Source: Macrostomum lignano
Lineage: Eukaryota
Direction: 5' to 3'
Assembly: GCA_002269645.1 (NCBI GenBank)
Contig: NIVC01000927.1
Span: 1-64,000 of the forward strand
Length of the DNA: 64,000 bases
Shown: in pieces, positions 1 through 13,030 of the stretch
Layout of the letters: each line of letters begins with the position of its first letter
How positions within the stretch are numbered: position 1 is the stretch's first letter
Program-made: the position numbers and the translations under genes
Notes under the pieces: model-generated
What the model saw: only the letters and a program-made list of their open reading frames with translations
Told to the model about the DNA's origin: nothing
Database searches by the model: none

Positions 1-2477
1 ACTGTCTCTGTGTATCCCAGCACCTGAGTCTATCATGAATTCAGAATGAGCTGAGTTTGGCCTAGCTCAGCATTTTCACTCAAACACAGAGGACTTGAGA
101 GCCGCTATAATCTTCATCAAACCGGCTGATTCCTTCTCTAACTGTCTCTGTGTATCCCAGCACCTGAGTCTATCATGAATTCAGAATGAGCTGAGTTTGG
201 GCCTAGCTCAGCATTTTCACTCAAACACAGAGAGGACTTGAGAGCCGCTATAATCTTCATCAAACCGGCTGATTCCTTCTCTAACTGTCTCTGTGTATCC
301 CAGCACCTGAGTCTATCATGAATTCAGAATGAGCTGAGTTTGGCCTAGCTCAGCATTTTCACTCAAACACAGAGAGGACTTGAGAGCCGCTATAATCTTC
401 ATCAAACCGGCTGATTCCTTCTCTAACTGTCTCTGTGTATCCCAGCACCTGAGTCTATCATGAATTCAGAATGAGCTGAGTTTGGCCTAGCTCAGCATTT
501 TCACTCAAACACAGAGGGACTTGAGAGCCGCTATAATCTTCATCAAACCGGCTGATTCCTTCTCTAACTGTCTCTGTGTATCCCAGCACCTGAGTCTATC
601 ATGAATTCAGAATGAGCTGAGTTTGGCCTAGCTCAGCATTTTCACTCAAACACAGAGGACTTGAGAGCCGCTATAATCTTCATCAAACCGGCTGATTCCT
701 TCTCTAACTGTCTCTGTGTATCCCAGCACCTGAGTCTATCATGAATTCAGAATGAGCTGAGTTTGGCCTAGCTCAGCATTTTCACTCAAACACAGAGAGG
801 ACTTGAGAGCCGCTATAATCTTCATCAAACGGCTGATTCCTTCTCTAACTGTCTCTGTGTATCCCAGCACCTGAGTCTATCATGAATTCAGAATGAGCTG
901 AGTTTGGCCTAGCTCAGCATTTTCACTCAAACACAGAGAGGACTTGAGAGCCGCTATAATCTTCATCAAACCGGCTGATTCCTTCTCTAACTGTCTCTGT
1001 GTATCCCAGCACCTGAGTCTATCATGAATTCAGAATGAGCTGAGTTTGGCCTAGCTCAGCATTTTCACTCAAACACAGAGGACTTGAGAGCCGCTATAAT
1101 CTTCATCAAACCGGCTGATTCCTTCTCTAACTGTCTCTGTGTATCCCAGCACCTGAGTCTATCATGAATTCAGAATGAGCTGAGTTTGGCCTAGCTCAGC
1201 ATTTTCACTCAAACACAGAGAGGACTTGAGAGCCGCTATAATCTTCATCAAACCGGCTGATTCCTTCTCTAACTGTCTCTGTGTATCCCAGCACCTGAGT
1301 CTATCATGAATTCAGAATGAGCTGAGTTTGGCCTAGCTCAGCATTTTCACTCAAACACAGAGAGGACTTGAGAGCCGCTATAATCTTCATCAAACCGGCT
1401 GATTCCTTCTCTAACTGTCTCTGTGATCCCAGCACCTGAGTCTATCATGAATTCAGAATGAGCTGAGTTTGGCCTAGCTCAGCATTTTCACTCAAACACA
1501 GAGAGGACTTGAGAGCCGCTATAATCTTCATCAAACCGGCTGATTCCTTCTCTAACTGTCTCTGTGTATCCAGCACCTGAGTCTATCATGAATTCAGAAT
1601 GAGCTGAGTTTGGCCTAGCTCAGCATTTTCACTCAAACACAGAGGACTTGAGAGCCGCTATAATCTTCATCAAACCGGCTGATTCCTTCTCTAACTGTCT
1701 CTGTGTATCCCAGCACCTGAGTCTATCATGAATTCAGAATGAGCTGAGTTTGGCCTAGCTCAGCATTTTCACTCAAACACAGAGAGGACTTGAGAGCCGC
1801 TATAATCTTCATCAAACCGGCTGATTCCTTCTCTAACTGTCTCTGTGTATCCAGCACCTGAGTCTATCATGAATTCAGAATGAGCTGAGTTTGGCCTAGC
1901 TCAGCATTTTCACTCAAACACAGAGAGGACTTGAGAGCCGCTATAATCTTCATCAAAACCGGCTGATTCCTTCTCTAACTGTCTCTGTGTATCCCAGCAC
2001 CTGAGTCTATCATGAATTCAGAATGAGCTGAGTTTGGCCTAGCTCAGCATTTTCACTCAAACACAGAGAGGACTTGAGAGCCGCTATAATCTTCATCAAA
2101 CCGGCTGATTCCTTCTCTAACTGTCTCTGTGTATCCCAGCACCTGAGTCTATCATGAATTCAGAATGAGCTGAGTTTGGCCTAGCTCAGCATTTTCACTC
2201 AAACACAGAGAGGACTTGAGAGCCGCTATAATCTTCATCAAACCGGCTGATTCCTTCTCTAACTGTCTCTGTGTATCCCAGCACCTGAGTCTATCATGAA
2301 TTCAGAATGAGCTGAGTTTGGCCTAGCTCAGCATTTTCACTCAAACACAGAGGACTTGAGAGCCGCTATAATCTTCATCAAACCGGCTGATTCCTTCTCT
2401 AACTGTCTCTGTGTATCCCAGCACCTGAGTCTATCATGAATTCAGAATGAGCTGAGTTTGGCCTAGCTCAGCATTTT
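1..2477. repeat. ~140-bp tandem satellite, ~17.7 near-identical copies, runs off the window start
   Basis: Unit ACTGTCTCTGTGTATCCCAGCACCTGAG...GATTCCTTCTCTA repeats with only 1-2 bp indels (mostly in the CACAGAGAG run); the array stops mid-unit at CTCAGCATTTT. Confidence 0.97.
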
Positions 2478-2800
2478 AACTTTAAAATACAGAAACCATT
2501 TCGCTCTTTCGCTCTTTCGCGTAATTGACCAGAACAACCAATTAGGGCTAATTACGGTAGTTAGTAATTGATAGCCATAAATCTAGGATGAGTTCTCGGA
2601 GAAAATTAGGAGTTTAGGTACAAATTAGAGTTTATTAAGTTATGTAGATATGTATCTTCAATTACTAATCTTTAAACAAGGTGTTTTAGGCCTATACGAG
2701 TACTATAGGCCTACGTTTTGCTTTAGGCCCTAGTGACTGAAATTTCCGATAGGCCAAATGTATATTTTCTTTCGATATGCCCATTAATGTTGGTTCTATT

Positions 2801-3074
2801 TAGTGGCGGTGCAGCCTTGGCGGTGCGCAGTGGCGGCGATGCTGATTAAGGTAAATTCTGTGGATTAAGGGGGGAGGGGCGGTGGTTGGGTTTTCAAACC
2901 CCTCCCTCAGCGAATTTTTAAAATTAGAGTATACGCTATAATCTCACAAAAACGCATACAACGAGCGCTAAAAAACTAATGGTGGGTCACCCCACGGAAG
3001 GATGGTAGGGTGGTCTTAGGAGGGTGGTCACCCGGGGCAGCAGCCCTCTCTCCCCCAACTTGGCGCCGCCACTG
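2801..3074. mobile_element. hAT-like MITE
   Basis: Ends (T)AGTGGCGG...CCGCCACTG; flanks GTTCTATT (2793-2800) and GTTGTATT (3075-3082) form an 8-bp TSD with 1 mismatch; an internal CAGTGGCGGCG at 2828 also matches the right end; G-rich subterminal sequence. Confidence 0.6.
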
Positions 3075-3519
3075 GTTGTATTGATGAGGCCTAGGCCGAC
3101 GTACGCGCAATGGTCCTAGTTCTGCGCAAAAATAAGGATATGGAGCCTGGCTGTGGCATGTGAATGTGAGAATTCGCGTTAGTCATCCAAGAGTAAAAAT
3201 TCGCGGTCTGGTTCCTATTGGCTGGTTTGAAATCCCACAGCTCAAGTAGGCTGACTCTTACATTGGTAGGCCTAGTATTTCCTCACTACAGGCCAGCTTT
3301 AAAACTAGGCATAGGCTAGCTCTAAGAAGGCTAGGCCCTGAGTATTTATCCAAGTCTTGTTATCATTTAGGCCATTTTGGAAATATATCTAGCTGTAGTA
3401 AAGCTCTTGAGTAACGCCTATCAATTGACAACCAGCTTTTAAGGTAAAGTACATTAAACTTTTACAATAATATCAAACCTATTTTCCATTCAATTTTCAA
3501 AAAACAGGCTTACAGGGAG

Positions 3520-6500
3520 TCTGTCTATCAATCTACTTGGATCAAGGGTGCCTCTCTAACTGCTTCTGTCTATCAATCTACTTGATCAAGGGCGCCTCTC
3601 TAACTGCTTCTGTCTATCAATCTACTTGGATCAAGGGTGCCTCTCTAACTGCTTCTGTCTATCAATCTACTTGGATCAAGGGCGCCTCTCTAACTGCTTC
3701 TGTCTATCAATCTACTTGGATCAAGGCGCCTCTCTAACTGCTTCTGTCTATCAATCTACTTGGATCAAGGGTGCCTCTCTAACTGCTTCTGTCTATCAAT
3801 CTACTTGGATCAAGGGCGCCTCTCTAACTGCTTCTGTCTATCAATCTACTTGGATCAAGGGCGCCTCTCTAACTGCTTCTGTCCATCAATCTACATGTAT
3901 GAAGGGCGCCTCTCTAACTGCATCTGTCCATCAATCTACATGTATGAAGGGCGCCTCTCTAACTGCTTCTGTCTATCAATCTACTTGGATCAAGGGCGCC
4001 TCTCTAACTGCTTCTGTCTATCAATCTACTTGGATCAAGGGCGCCTCTCTAACTGCTTCTGTCTATCAATCTACTTGGATCAAGGGCGCCTCTCTAACTG
4101 CTTCTGTCCATCAATCTACATGTATGAAGGGCGCCTCTCTAACTGCGAATTCTGTCCATCAATCTACTTGTATGAAGGGCGCCTCTCTAACTGCTTCTGT
4201 CTATCAATCTACATGTATGAATGGCGCCTCTCTAACTGCTTCTGTCTATCAATCTACTTGGATCAAGGGCGCTCTCTAACTGCTTCTGTCCATCAATCTA
4301 CATGTATGAAGGGCGCCTCTCTAACTGCTTCTGTCTATCAATCTACATGTATGAAGGGCGCCTCTCTAACTGCTTCTGTCTATCAATCTACTTGGATCAA
4401 GGGCGCCTCTCTAACTGCTTCTGTCTATCAATCTACTTGGATCAAGGGCGCCTCTCTAACTGCTTCTGTCTATCAATCTACATGTATGAAGGGCGCCTCT
4501 CTAACTGCTTCTGTCCATCAATCTACATGTATGAAGGGCGCCTCTCTAACTGCTTCTGTCCATCAATCTACATGTATGAAGGGCGCCTCTCTAACTGCTT
4601 CTGTCCATCAATCTACATGTATGAAGGCGCCTCTCTAACTGCTTCTGTCCATCAATCTACATGTATGAAGGGCGCCTCTCTAACTGCTTCTGTCTATCAA
4701 TCTACTTGGATCAAGGGCGCCTCTCTAACTGCTTCTGTCCATCAATCTACATGTATGAAGGGCGCCTCTCTAACTGCTTCTGTCCATCAATCTACATGTA
4801 TGAAGGGCGCCTCTCTAACTGCTTCTGTCTATCAATCTACTTGGATCAAGGGCGCCTCTCTAACTGCTTCTGTCTATCAATCTACTTGGATCAAGGGCGC
4901 CTCTCTAACTGCTTCTGTCCATCAATCTACATGTATGAAAGGCGCCTCTCTAACTGCTTCTGTCCATCAATCTACATGTATGAAGGGCGCCTCTCTAACT
5001 GCTTCTGTCCATCAATCTACATGTATGAAGGGCGCCTCTCTAACTGCTTCTGTCCATCAATCTACATGTATGAAGGGCGCCTCTCTAACTGCTTCTGTCT
5101 ATCAATCTACTTGGATCAAGGGCGCCTCTCTAACTGCTTCTGTCTATCAATCTACTTGGATCAAGGGCGCCTCTCTAACTGCTTCTGTCCATCAATCTAC
5201 ATGTATGAAGGGCGCCTCTCTAACTGCTTCTGTCCATCAATCTACTTGTATGAAGGGCGCCTCTCTAACTGCTTCTGTCTATCAATCTACTTGGATCAAG
5301 GGCGCCTCTCTAACTGCTTCTGTCTATCAATCTACTTGGATCAAGGGCGCCTCTCTAACTGCTTCTGTCTATCAATCTACATGTATGAAGGGCGCCTCTC
5401 TAACTGCTTCTGTCCATCAATCTACATGTATGAAGGGCGCCTCTCTAACTGCTTCTGTCCATCAATCTACATGTATGAAGGGCGCCTCTCTAACTGCTTC
5501 TGTCCATCAATCTACATGTATGAAGGCGCCTCTCTAACTGCTTCTGTCCATCAATCTACATGTATGAAGGGCGCCTCTCTAACTGCTTCTGTCCATCAAT
5601 CTACATGTATGAAGGGCGCCTCTCTAACTGCTTCTGTCCATCAATCTACATGTATGAAGGGCGCCTCTCTAACTGCTTCTGTCTATCAATCTACTTGGAT
5701 CAAGGGCGCCTCTCTAACTGCTTCTGTCTATCAATCTACTTGGATCAAGGGCGCCTCTCTAACTGCTTCTGTCTATCAATCTACTTGGATCAAGGGCGCC
5801 TCTCTAACTGCTTCTGTCCATCAATCTACATGTATGAAGGGCGCCTCTCTAACTGCTTCTGTCCATCAATCTACATGTATGAAGGGCGCCTCTCTAACTG
5901 CTTCTGTCTATCAATCTACTTGGATCAAGGGCGCCTCTCTAACTGCTTCTGTCTATCAATCTACTTGGATCAAGGGCGCCTCTCTAACTGCTTCTGTCTA
6001 TCAATCTACTTGGATCAAGGGCGCCTCTCTAACTGCTTCTGTCCATCAATCTACATGTATGAAGGGCGCCTCTCTAACTGCTTCTGTCCATCAATCTACT
6101 TGTATGAAGGGCGCCTCTCTAACTGCTTCTGTCTATCAATCTACATGTATGAATGGCGCCTCTCTAACTGCTTCTGTCTATCAATCTACTTGGATCAAGG
6201 GCGCCTCTCTAACTGCTTCTGTCATCAATCTACATGTATGAAGGGCGCCTCTCTAACTGCTTCTGTCTATCAATCTACTTGGATCAAGGGCGCCTCTCTA
6301 ACTGCTTCTGTCTATCAATCTACTTGGATCAAGGGCGCCTCTCTAACTGCTTCTGTCTATCAATCTACATGTATGAAGGGCGCCTCTCTAACTGCTTCTG
6401 TCTATCAATCTACATGTATGAAGGGCGCCTCTCTAACTGCTTCTGTCCATCAATCTACATGTATGAAGGGCGCCTCTCTAACTGCTTCTGTCTATCAATC

Positions 6501-9500
6501 TACATGTATGAAGGGCGCCTCTCTAACTGCTTCTGTCCATCAATCTACATGTATGAAGGGCGCCTCTCTAACTGCTTCTGTCTATCAATCTACATGTATC
6601 AAGGGCGCCTCTCTAACTGCTTCTGTCCATCAATCTACATGTATGAAGGGCGCCTCTCTAACTGCTTCTGTCCATCAATCTACATGTATGAAGGGCGCCT
6701 CTCTAACTGCTTCTGTCCATCAATCTACTTGTATGAAGGGCGCCTCTCTAACTGCTTCTGTCCTGCATCAATCTACATGTATGAAGGGCGCCTCTCTAAC
6801 TGCTTCTGTCCATCAATCTACATGTATGAAGGGCGCCTCTCTAACTGCTTCTGTCCATCAATCTACATGTATGAAGGGCGCCTCTCTAACTGCTTCTGTC
6901 CATCAATCTACTTGTATGAAGGGCGCCTCTCTAACTGCTTCTGTCTATCAATCTACATGTATGAATGGCGCCTCTCTAACTGCTTCTGTCTATCAATCTA
7001 CATGTATGAAGGGCGCCTCTCTAACTGCTTCTGTCTATCAATCTACATGTATGAAGGGCGCCTCTCTAACTGCTTCTGTCCATCAATCTACATGTATGAA
7101 GGGCGCCTCTCTAACTGCTTCTGTCCATCAATCTACATGTATGAATGGCGCCTCTCTAACTGCTTCTGTCCATCAATCTACTTGTATGAAGGGCGCCTCT
7201 CTAACTGCTTCTTCCATCAATCTACATGTATGAAGGGCGCCTCTCTAACTGCTTCTGTCTATCAATCTACTTGTATGAAGGGCGCCTCTCTAACTGCTTC
7301 TGTCTATCAATCTACATGTATGAAGGGCGCCTCTCTAACTGCTTCTGTCTATCAATCTACATGTATGAAGGGCGCCTCTCTAACTGCTTCTGTCCATCAA
7401 TCTACATGTATGAAGGCGCCTCTCTAACTGCTTCTGTCCATCAATCTACATGTATGAAGGGCGCCTCTCTAACTGCTTCTGTCTATCAATCTACATGTAT
7501 GAAGGGCGCCTCTCTAACTGCTTCTGTCTATCAATCTACATGTATGAAGGGCGCCTCTCTAACTGCTTCTGTCTATCAATCTACATGTATGAAGGGCGCC
7601 TCTCTAACTGCTTCTGTCTATCAATCTACATGTATGAATGGCGCCTCTCTAACTGCTTCTGTCTATCAATCTACTTGGATCAAGGGCGCTCTCTAACTGC
7701 TTCTGTCTATCAATCTACTTGGATCAAGGGCGCCTCTCTAACTGCTTCTGTCCATCAATCTACATGTATGAAGGGCGCCTCTCTAACTGCTTCTGTCCAT
7801 CAATCTACATGTATGAAGGGCGCCTCTCTAACTGCTTCTGTCTATCAATCTACATGTATTAAGGGCGCCTCTCTGCATTTGTCTATTAATATATCTGGGA
7901 GTAGGCGACTCTCTAACTGCTTCTGTCCATCAATCTACATGTATGAAAGGCGCCTCTCTTACTGCTTCTGTCCATCAATCTACATGTATGAAGGGCGCCT
8001 CTCTAACTGCTTCTGTCCATCAATCTACATGTATGAAGGGCGCCTCTCTAACTGCTTCTGTCCATCAATCTACATGTATGAAGGGCGCCTCTCTAACTGC
8101 TTCTGTCTATCAATCTACTTGGATCAAGGGCGCCTCTCTAACTGCTTCTGTCTATCAATCTACTTGGATCAAGGGCGCCTCTCTAACTGCTTCTGTCCAT
8201 CAATCTACATGTATGAAGGGCGCCTCTCTAACTGCGAATTCTGTCCATCAATCTACTTGTATGAAGGGCGCCTCTCTAACTGCTTCTGTCTATCAATCTA
8301 CTTGGATCAAGGGCGCCTCTCTAACTGCTTCTGTCTATCAATCTACTTGGATCAAGGGCGCCTCTCTAACTGCTTCTGTCTATCAATCTACATGTATGAA
8401 GGGCGCCTCTCTAACTGCTTCTGTCCATCAATCTACATGTATGAAGGGCGCCTCTCTAACTGCTTCTGTCCATCAATCTACATGTATGAAGGGCGCCTCT
8501 CTAGCTGCTTCTGTCCATCAATCTACATGTATGAAAGGCGCCTCTCTAACTGCTTCTGTCCATCAATCTACATGTATGAAGGGCGCCTCTCTAACTGCTT
8601 CTGTCCATCAATCTACATGTATGAAGGGCGCCTCTCTAACTGCTTCTGTCCATCAATCTACATGTATGAAGGGCGCCTCTCTAACTGCTTCTGTCTATCA
8701 ATCTACTTGGATCAAGGGCGCCTCTCTAACTGCTTCTGTCTATCAATCTACTTGGATCAAGGGCGCCTCTCTAACTGCTTCTGTCTATCAATCTACTTGG
8801 ATCAAGGGCGCCTCTCTAACTGCTTCTGTCCATCAATCTACATGTATGAAGGGCGCCTCTCTAACTGCATCTGTCCATCAATCTACATGTATGAAGGGCG
8901 CCTCTCTAACTGCTTCTGTCTATCAATCTACTTGGATCAAGGGCGCCTCTCTAACTGCTTCTGTCTATCAATCTACTTGGATCAAGGGCGCCTCTCTAAC
9001 TGCTTCTGTCTATCAATCTACTTGGATCAAGGGCGCCTCTCTAACTGCTTCTGTCCATCAATCTACATGTATGAAGGGCGCCTCTCTAACTGCGAATTCT
9101 GTCCATCAATCTACTTGTATGAAGGGCGCCTCTCTAACTGCTTCTGTCTATCAATCTACATGTATGAATGGCGCCTCTCTAACTGCTTCTGTCTATCAAT
9201 CTACTTGGATCAAGGGCGCTCTCTAACTGCTTCTGTCCATCAATCTACATGTATGAAGGGCGCCTCTCTAACTGCTTCTGTCTATCAATCTACTTGGATC
9301 AAGGGCGCCTCTCTAACTGCTTCTGTCTATCAATCTACTTGGATCAAGGGCGCCTCTCTAACTGCTTCTGTCTATCAATCTACATGTATGAAGGGCGCCT
9401 CTCTAACTGCTTCTGTCTATCAATCTACATGTATGAAGGGCGCCTCTCTAACTGCTTCTGTCCATCAATCTACATGTATGAAGGGCGCCTCTCTAACTGC

Positions 9501-10944
9501 TTCTGTCTATCAATCTACATGTATGAAGGGCGCCTCTCTAACTGCTTCTGTCCATCAATCTACATGTATGAAGGGCGCCTCTCTAACTGCTTCTGTCTAT
9601 CAATCTACTTGGATCAAGGGCGCCTCTCTAACTGCTTCCGTCCATCAATCTACATGTATGAAGGGCGCCTCTCTAACTGCTTCCGTCCATCAATCTACAT
9701 GTATGAAGGGCGCCTCTCTAACTGCTTCTGTCCATCAATCTACTTGTATGAAGGGCGCCTCTCTAACTGCTTCTGTCCTGCATCAATCTACATGTATGAA
9801 GGGCGCCTCTCTAACTGCTTCTGTCCATCAATCTACATGTATGAAGGGCGCCTCTCTAACTGCGAATTCTGTCCATCAATCTACATGTATGAATGGCGCC
9901 TCTCTAACTGCGAATTCTGTCCATCAATCTACTTGTATGAAGGGCGCCTCTCTAACTGCTTCTGTCTATCAATCTACATGTATGAATGGCGCCTCTCTAA
10001 CTGCTTCTGTCTATCAATCTACATGTATGAAGGGCGCCTCTCTAACTGCTTCTGTCTATCAATCTACATGTATGAAGGGCGCCTCTCTAACTGCTTCTGT
10101 CCATCAATCTACATGTATGAAGGGCGCCTCTCTAACTGCTTCTGTCCATCAATCTACATGTATGAATGGCGCCTCTCTAACTGCGAATTCTGTCCATCAA
10201 TCTACTTGTATGAAGGGCGCCTCTCTAACTGCGAATTCTTTCCATCAATCTACATGTATGAAGGGCGCCTCTCTAACTGCTTCTGTCTATCAATCTACTT
10301 GTATGAAGGGCGCCTCTCTAACTGTTTCTGTCTATCAATCTACATGTATGAAGGGCGCCTCTCTAACTGCTTCTGTCTATCAATCTACATGTATGAAGGG
10401 CGCCTCTCTAACTGCTTCTGTCCATCAATCTACATGTATGAATGGCGCCTCTCTAACTGCGAATTCTGTCCATCAATCTACATGTATGAAGGGCGCCTCT
10501 CTAACTGCTTCTGTCTATCAATCTACATGTATGAAGGGCGCCTCTCTAACTGCTTCTGTCTATCAATCTACATGTATGAAGGGCGCCTCTCTAACTGCTT
10601 CTGTCTATCAATCTACATGTATGAAGGGCGCCTCTCTAACTGCTTCTGTCTATCAATCTACATGTATGAATGGCGCCTCTCTAACTGCTTCTGTCTATCA
10701 ATCTACTTGGATCAAGGGCGCTCTCTAACTGCTTCTGTCCATCAATCTACATGTATGAAGGGCGCCTCTCTAACTGTTTCTGTCCATCAATCTACATGTA
10801 TGAAGGGCGCCTCTCTAACTGCTTCTGTCCATCAATCTACATGTATGAAGGGCGCCTCTCTAACTGCTTCTGTCCATCAATCTACATGTATTAAGGGCGC
10901 CTCTCTGCATTTGTCTATTAATATATCTGGGAGTAGGCGACTCT
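3520..10944. repeat. 45-bp minisatellite, ~165 copies, with variant unit types
   Basis: Unit GGGCGCCTCTCTAACTGCTTCTGTC(T/C)ATCAATCTAC(TTGGATCAA/ATGTATGAA); it explains all the 15-aa-periodic ORFs from 3537 to 11015. Confidence 0.97.
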
Positions 10945-12479
10945 TCACCGCCTTGTATAGTTCTCCGTCCTACCATCATATAATTTGTCAGATCTTTGAA
11001 ATTTCCCCGTTCTGATAGGGCCTAGGCCTATAGCCTAGCATATATCTGTTTCTTTTCTAATAAGGGTTTTACTAAATGTATATTATTGTAGTCATATTAT
11101 TAAATTTTATATTGTGCCTTTGGCTTTGCTCGTATTACTTACAGTTACAATACTCGTAATTGTACTTATTTACAATTAAATTAAATTAGACGTTTACTAG
11201 GCCTTTTACTCTTCAATTATACAGTAAAGCGGCAACCATTAGGCCTAGTAGGCCGCGCCTATCTTGGCCTGTCTTGTTGATTCGATCTTCTTTTCTATGT
11301 TGCAGAATTCTTAAAAGAAAATGTATATGGAATTATATGTCGCTTTTAGCTACTGTTAGTAGAAATAAAAGCATTTAATAGGAATATTTTGTCAAAATGG
11401 AAAAATCCTCCTATGTATTTTGCATTAAAATTGGTACATTTTTAAGCAAAAAATATTTGCAACTACGTGGCTTAAATGAGTTGTTCTTTTAAAAAAAAGA
11501 TCTTATTCAATGTAAGGTAGAAGAATCAAGCGAGAAATAAGTTTTTTTGGACAATTTTTGTTCGTTCGGTTTTGAAGATTCTTCTGTTCGGTTGATGATT
11601 CTGAAATCTGAAAACCGAACCGAACATGTAATTTGGTATCATCAACCGAACACTAGAATTTTTTGCTTAACTATACATCAGATTGGTATGTGTGTTATAT
11701 TACTTTGTAGAAAATTTAACACTGAATTCAAAAAGTATTTTGTTTTGAATGTAAGTTAAAAATTGTGGTCTGTAGACCAATTCTTCTGCAGACATCCCAA
11801 ATCAAGAAAAAACTCTGAAACGCGTATTTCTTTAATAATTTCTATCAATAATGCTCATTTTCTCGAGTATCTATTGAGTAGATTGTCTAAACTTTATCTC
11901 ATTTTGTAGATGAGAATGTTTTCTTTCAAATGATATGGCACTTTTATAGACTCTTTAAATATATTTCCAATGAGACAGTAAAAACGAAAGTCACTTGCAT
12001 GTTCGGTTTTGAAGATCCCTTGTTCGGTTGATGAGATCTTACCCTAGTAAATTATTTAGACCTCAAGACTCATAAAAATGATAAAAAAGCTCTAATAATG
12101 TATTTATTAACTTTAAGTGTTTTATAACATTCCATTCTATAATGCTACAACTTATTTAGCATTCTTATTGAGGGTTTATTTGTTTATCACTTTTGTTATT
12201 ATTGACAATGTGTATTATGTAAAGTTCATTTGCAATAATTACTATATTCAACATAAGTTTATTATTTAAGCATACAAATTCCCATAAGGATCAGAAAATT
12301 GCCAGGATGGAATTCTTGTATTTCTTAAGTCAAACGGAATTATGCAATTTTTTTATGGCGCACAATTTTTTTTATTGGTCGCATTTTTTTTGGTACTTAG
12401 CACGTCGCAAAATAACGAAATAACAAAATAACGAAAGACAATAATGAAAAATGCATTCTAAGAAAATGTAGTGATTTGA

Positions 12480-13030
12480 ATTTTTGTCCAAATACGTATG
12501 TTAGATTCATGGAAAATGAATGTACTAAAGAAACTAGAAAGTATAGACCTAAAAGCACTAACTGAAGATAAACTTTTCCAAAGCTTTAATAACAAGAAAT
12601 ACCTAGTGAAAAAGCACCTCAAGATACACAGAGAAAAAGAACTTAGCCAAAAGCTAGAGAATCAGCAACATATTAAACTCTACAAAATGCCTATCTCTAC
12701 AAAAAAATCTGCAGGCCCAACCTTTCAGATTTCTTTCCATGTACATTTAGAAACAAAAATTCTTAACAACCCTCCTAAAACTGAAATGCGAGATTACACC
12801 CAACTTTTTTTCTCAAGAACCATGTAAAATGTGTGGAGCGCGAAATGGTTTTGACATTCTACACTACTTGACCAAATGTCCACAAACTGAAGAGATCAGG
12901 AAAAAATACTTCTGTCAATACCTCTTAAATAGCAATCAAATACACAAGATAGGATATGCTACAAATGAAAAAAGAGTCAGAAAAGAACTCACTGGTGTAG
13001 CTAAAATATATGAAGTCATGAATAGCTAAA
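12480..13030 (+). mobile_element. Degenerate 3' fragment of a non-LTR retrotransposon ORF2 (CCHC knuckle)
   Basis: Frame at ~12820 reads PCKMCGARNGFDILHYLTKCP (C-x2-C-x9-H-x4-C), like LINE C-terminal zinc knuckles; it is out of frame with the AT-rich ORF 12498-12827. Confidence 0.4.

Noticed and set aside
1-2477. Hammerhead ribozyme in the 140-bp satellite (minus strand has TTGATGA, GAAA, a stem III-like hairpin and a UUC triplet)
   Set aside because: No CUGANGA, and neither stem I nor stem II can be formed next to the core.
3203-3250. Peptide GLVPIGWFEIPQLK resembling Rpn2 GIISLLDEDEPQLK as the missing PSMD1 exon
   Set aside because: It is followed by TAG, not a GT donor in the needed phase, and the middle residues do not match.
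3520-10944. CRISPR-like repeat/spacer appearance
   Set aside because: The variable parts are two recurring alleles, not unique spacers; no cas genes; eukaryotic context.
3537-11015. Long ORFs (up to 1092 aa) with Cys/Tyr-rich 15-aa repeats
   Set aside because: They are translations of a stop-free 45-bp unit, open in two frames at once and switching frame at indels.
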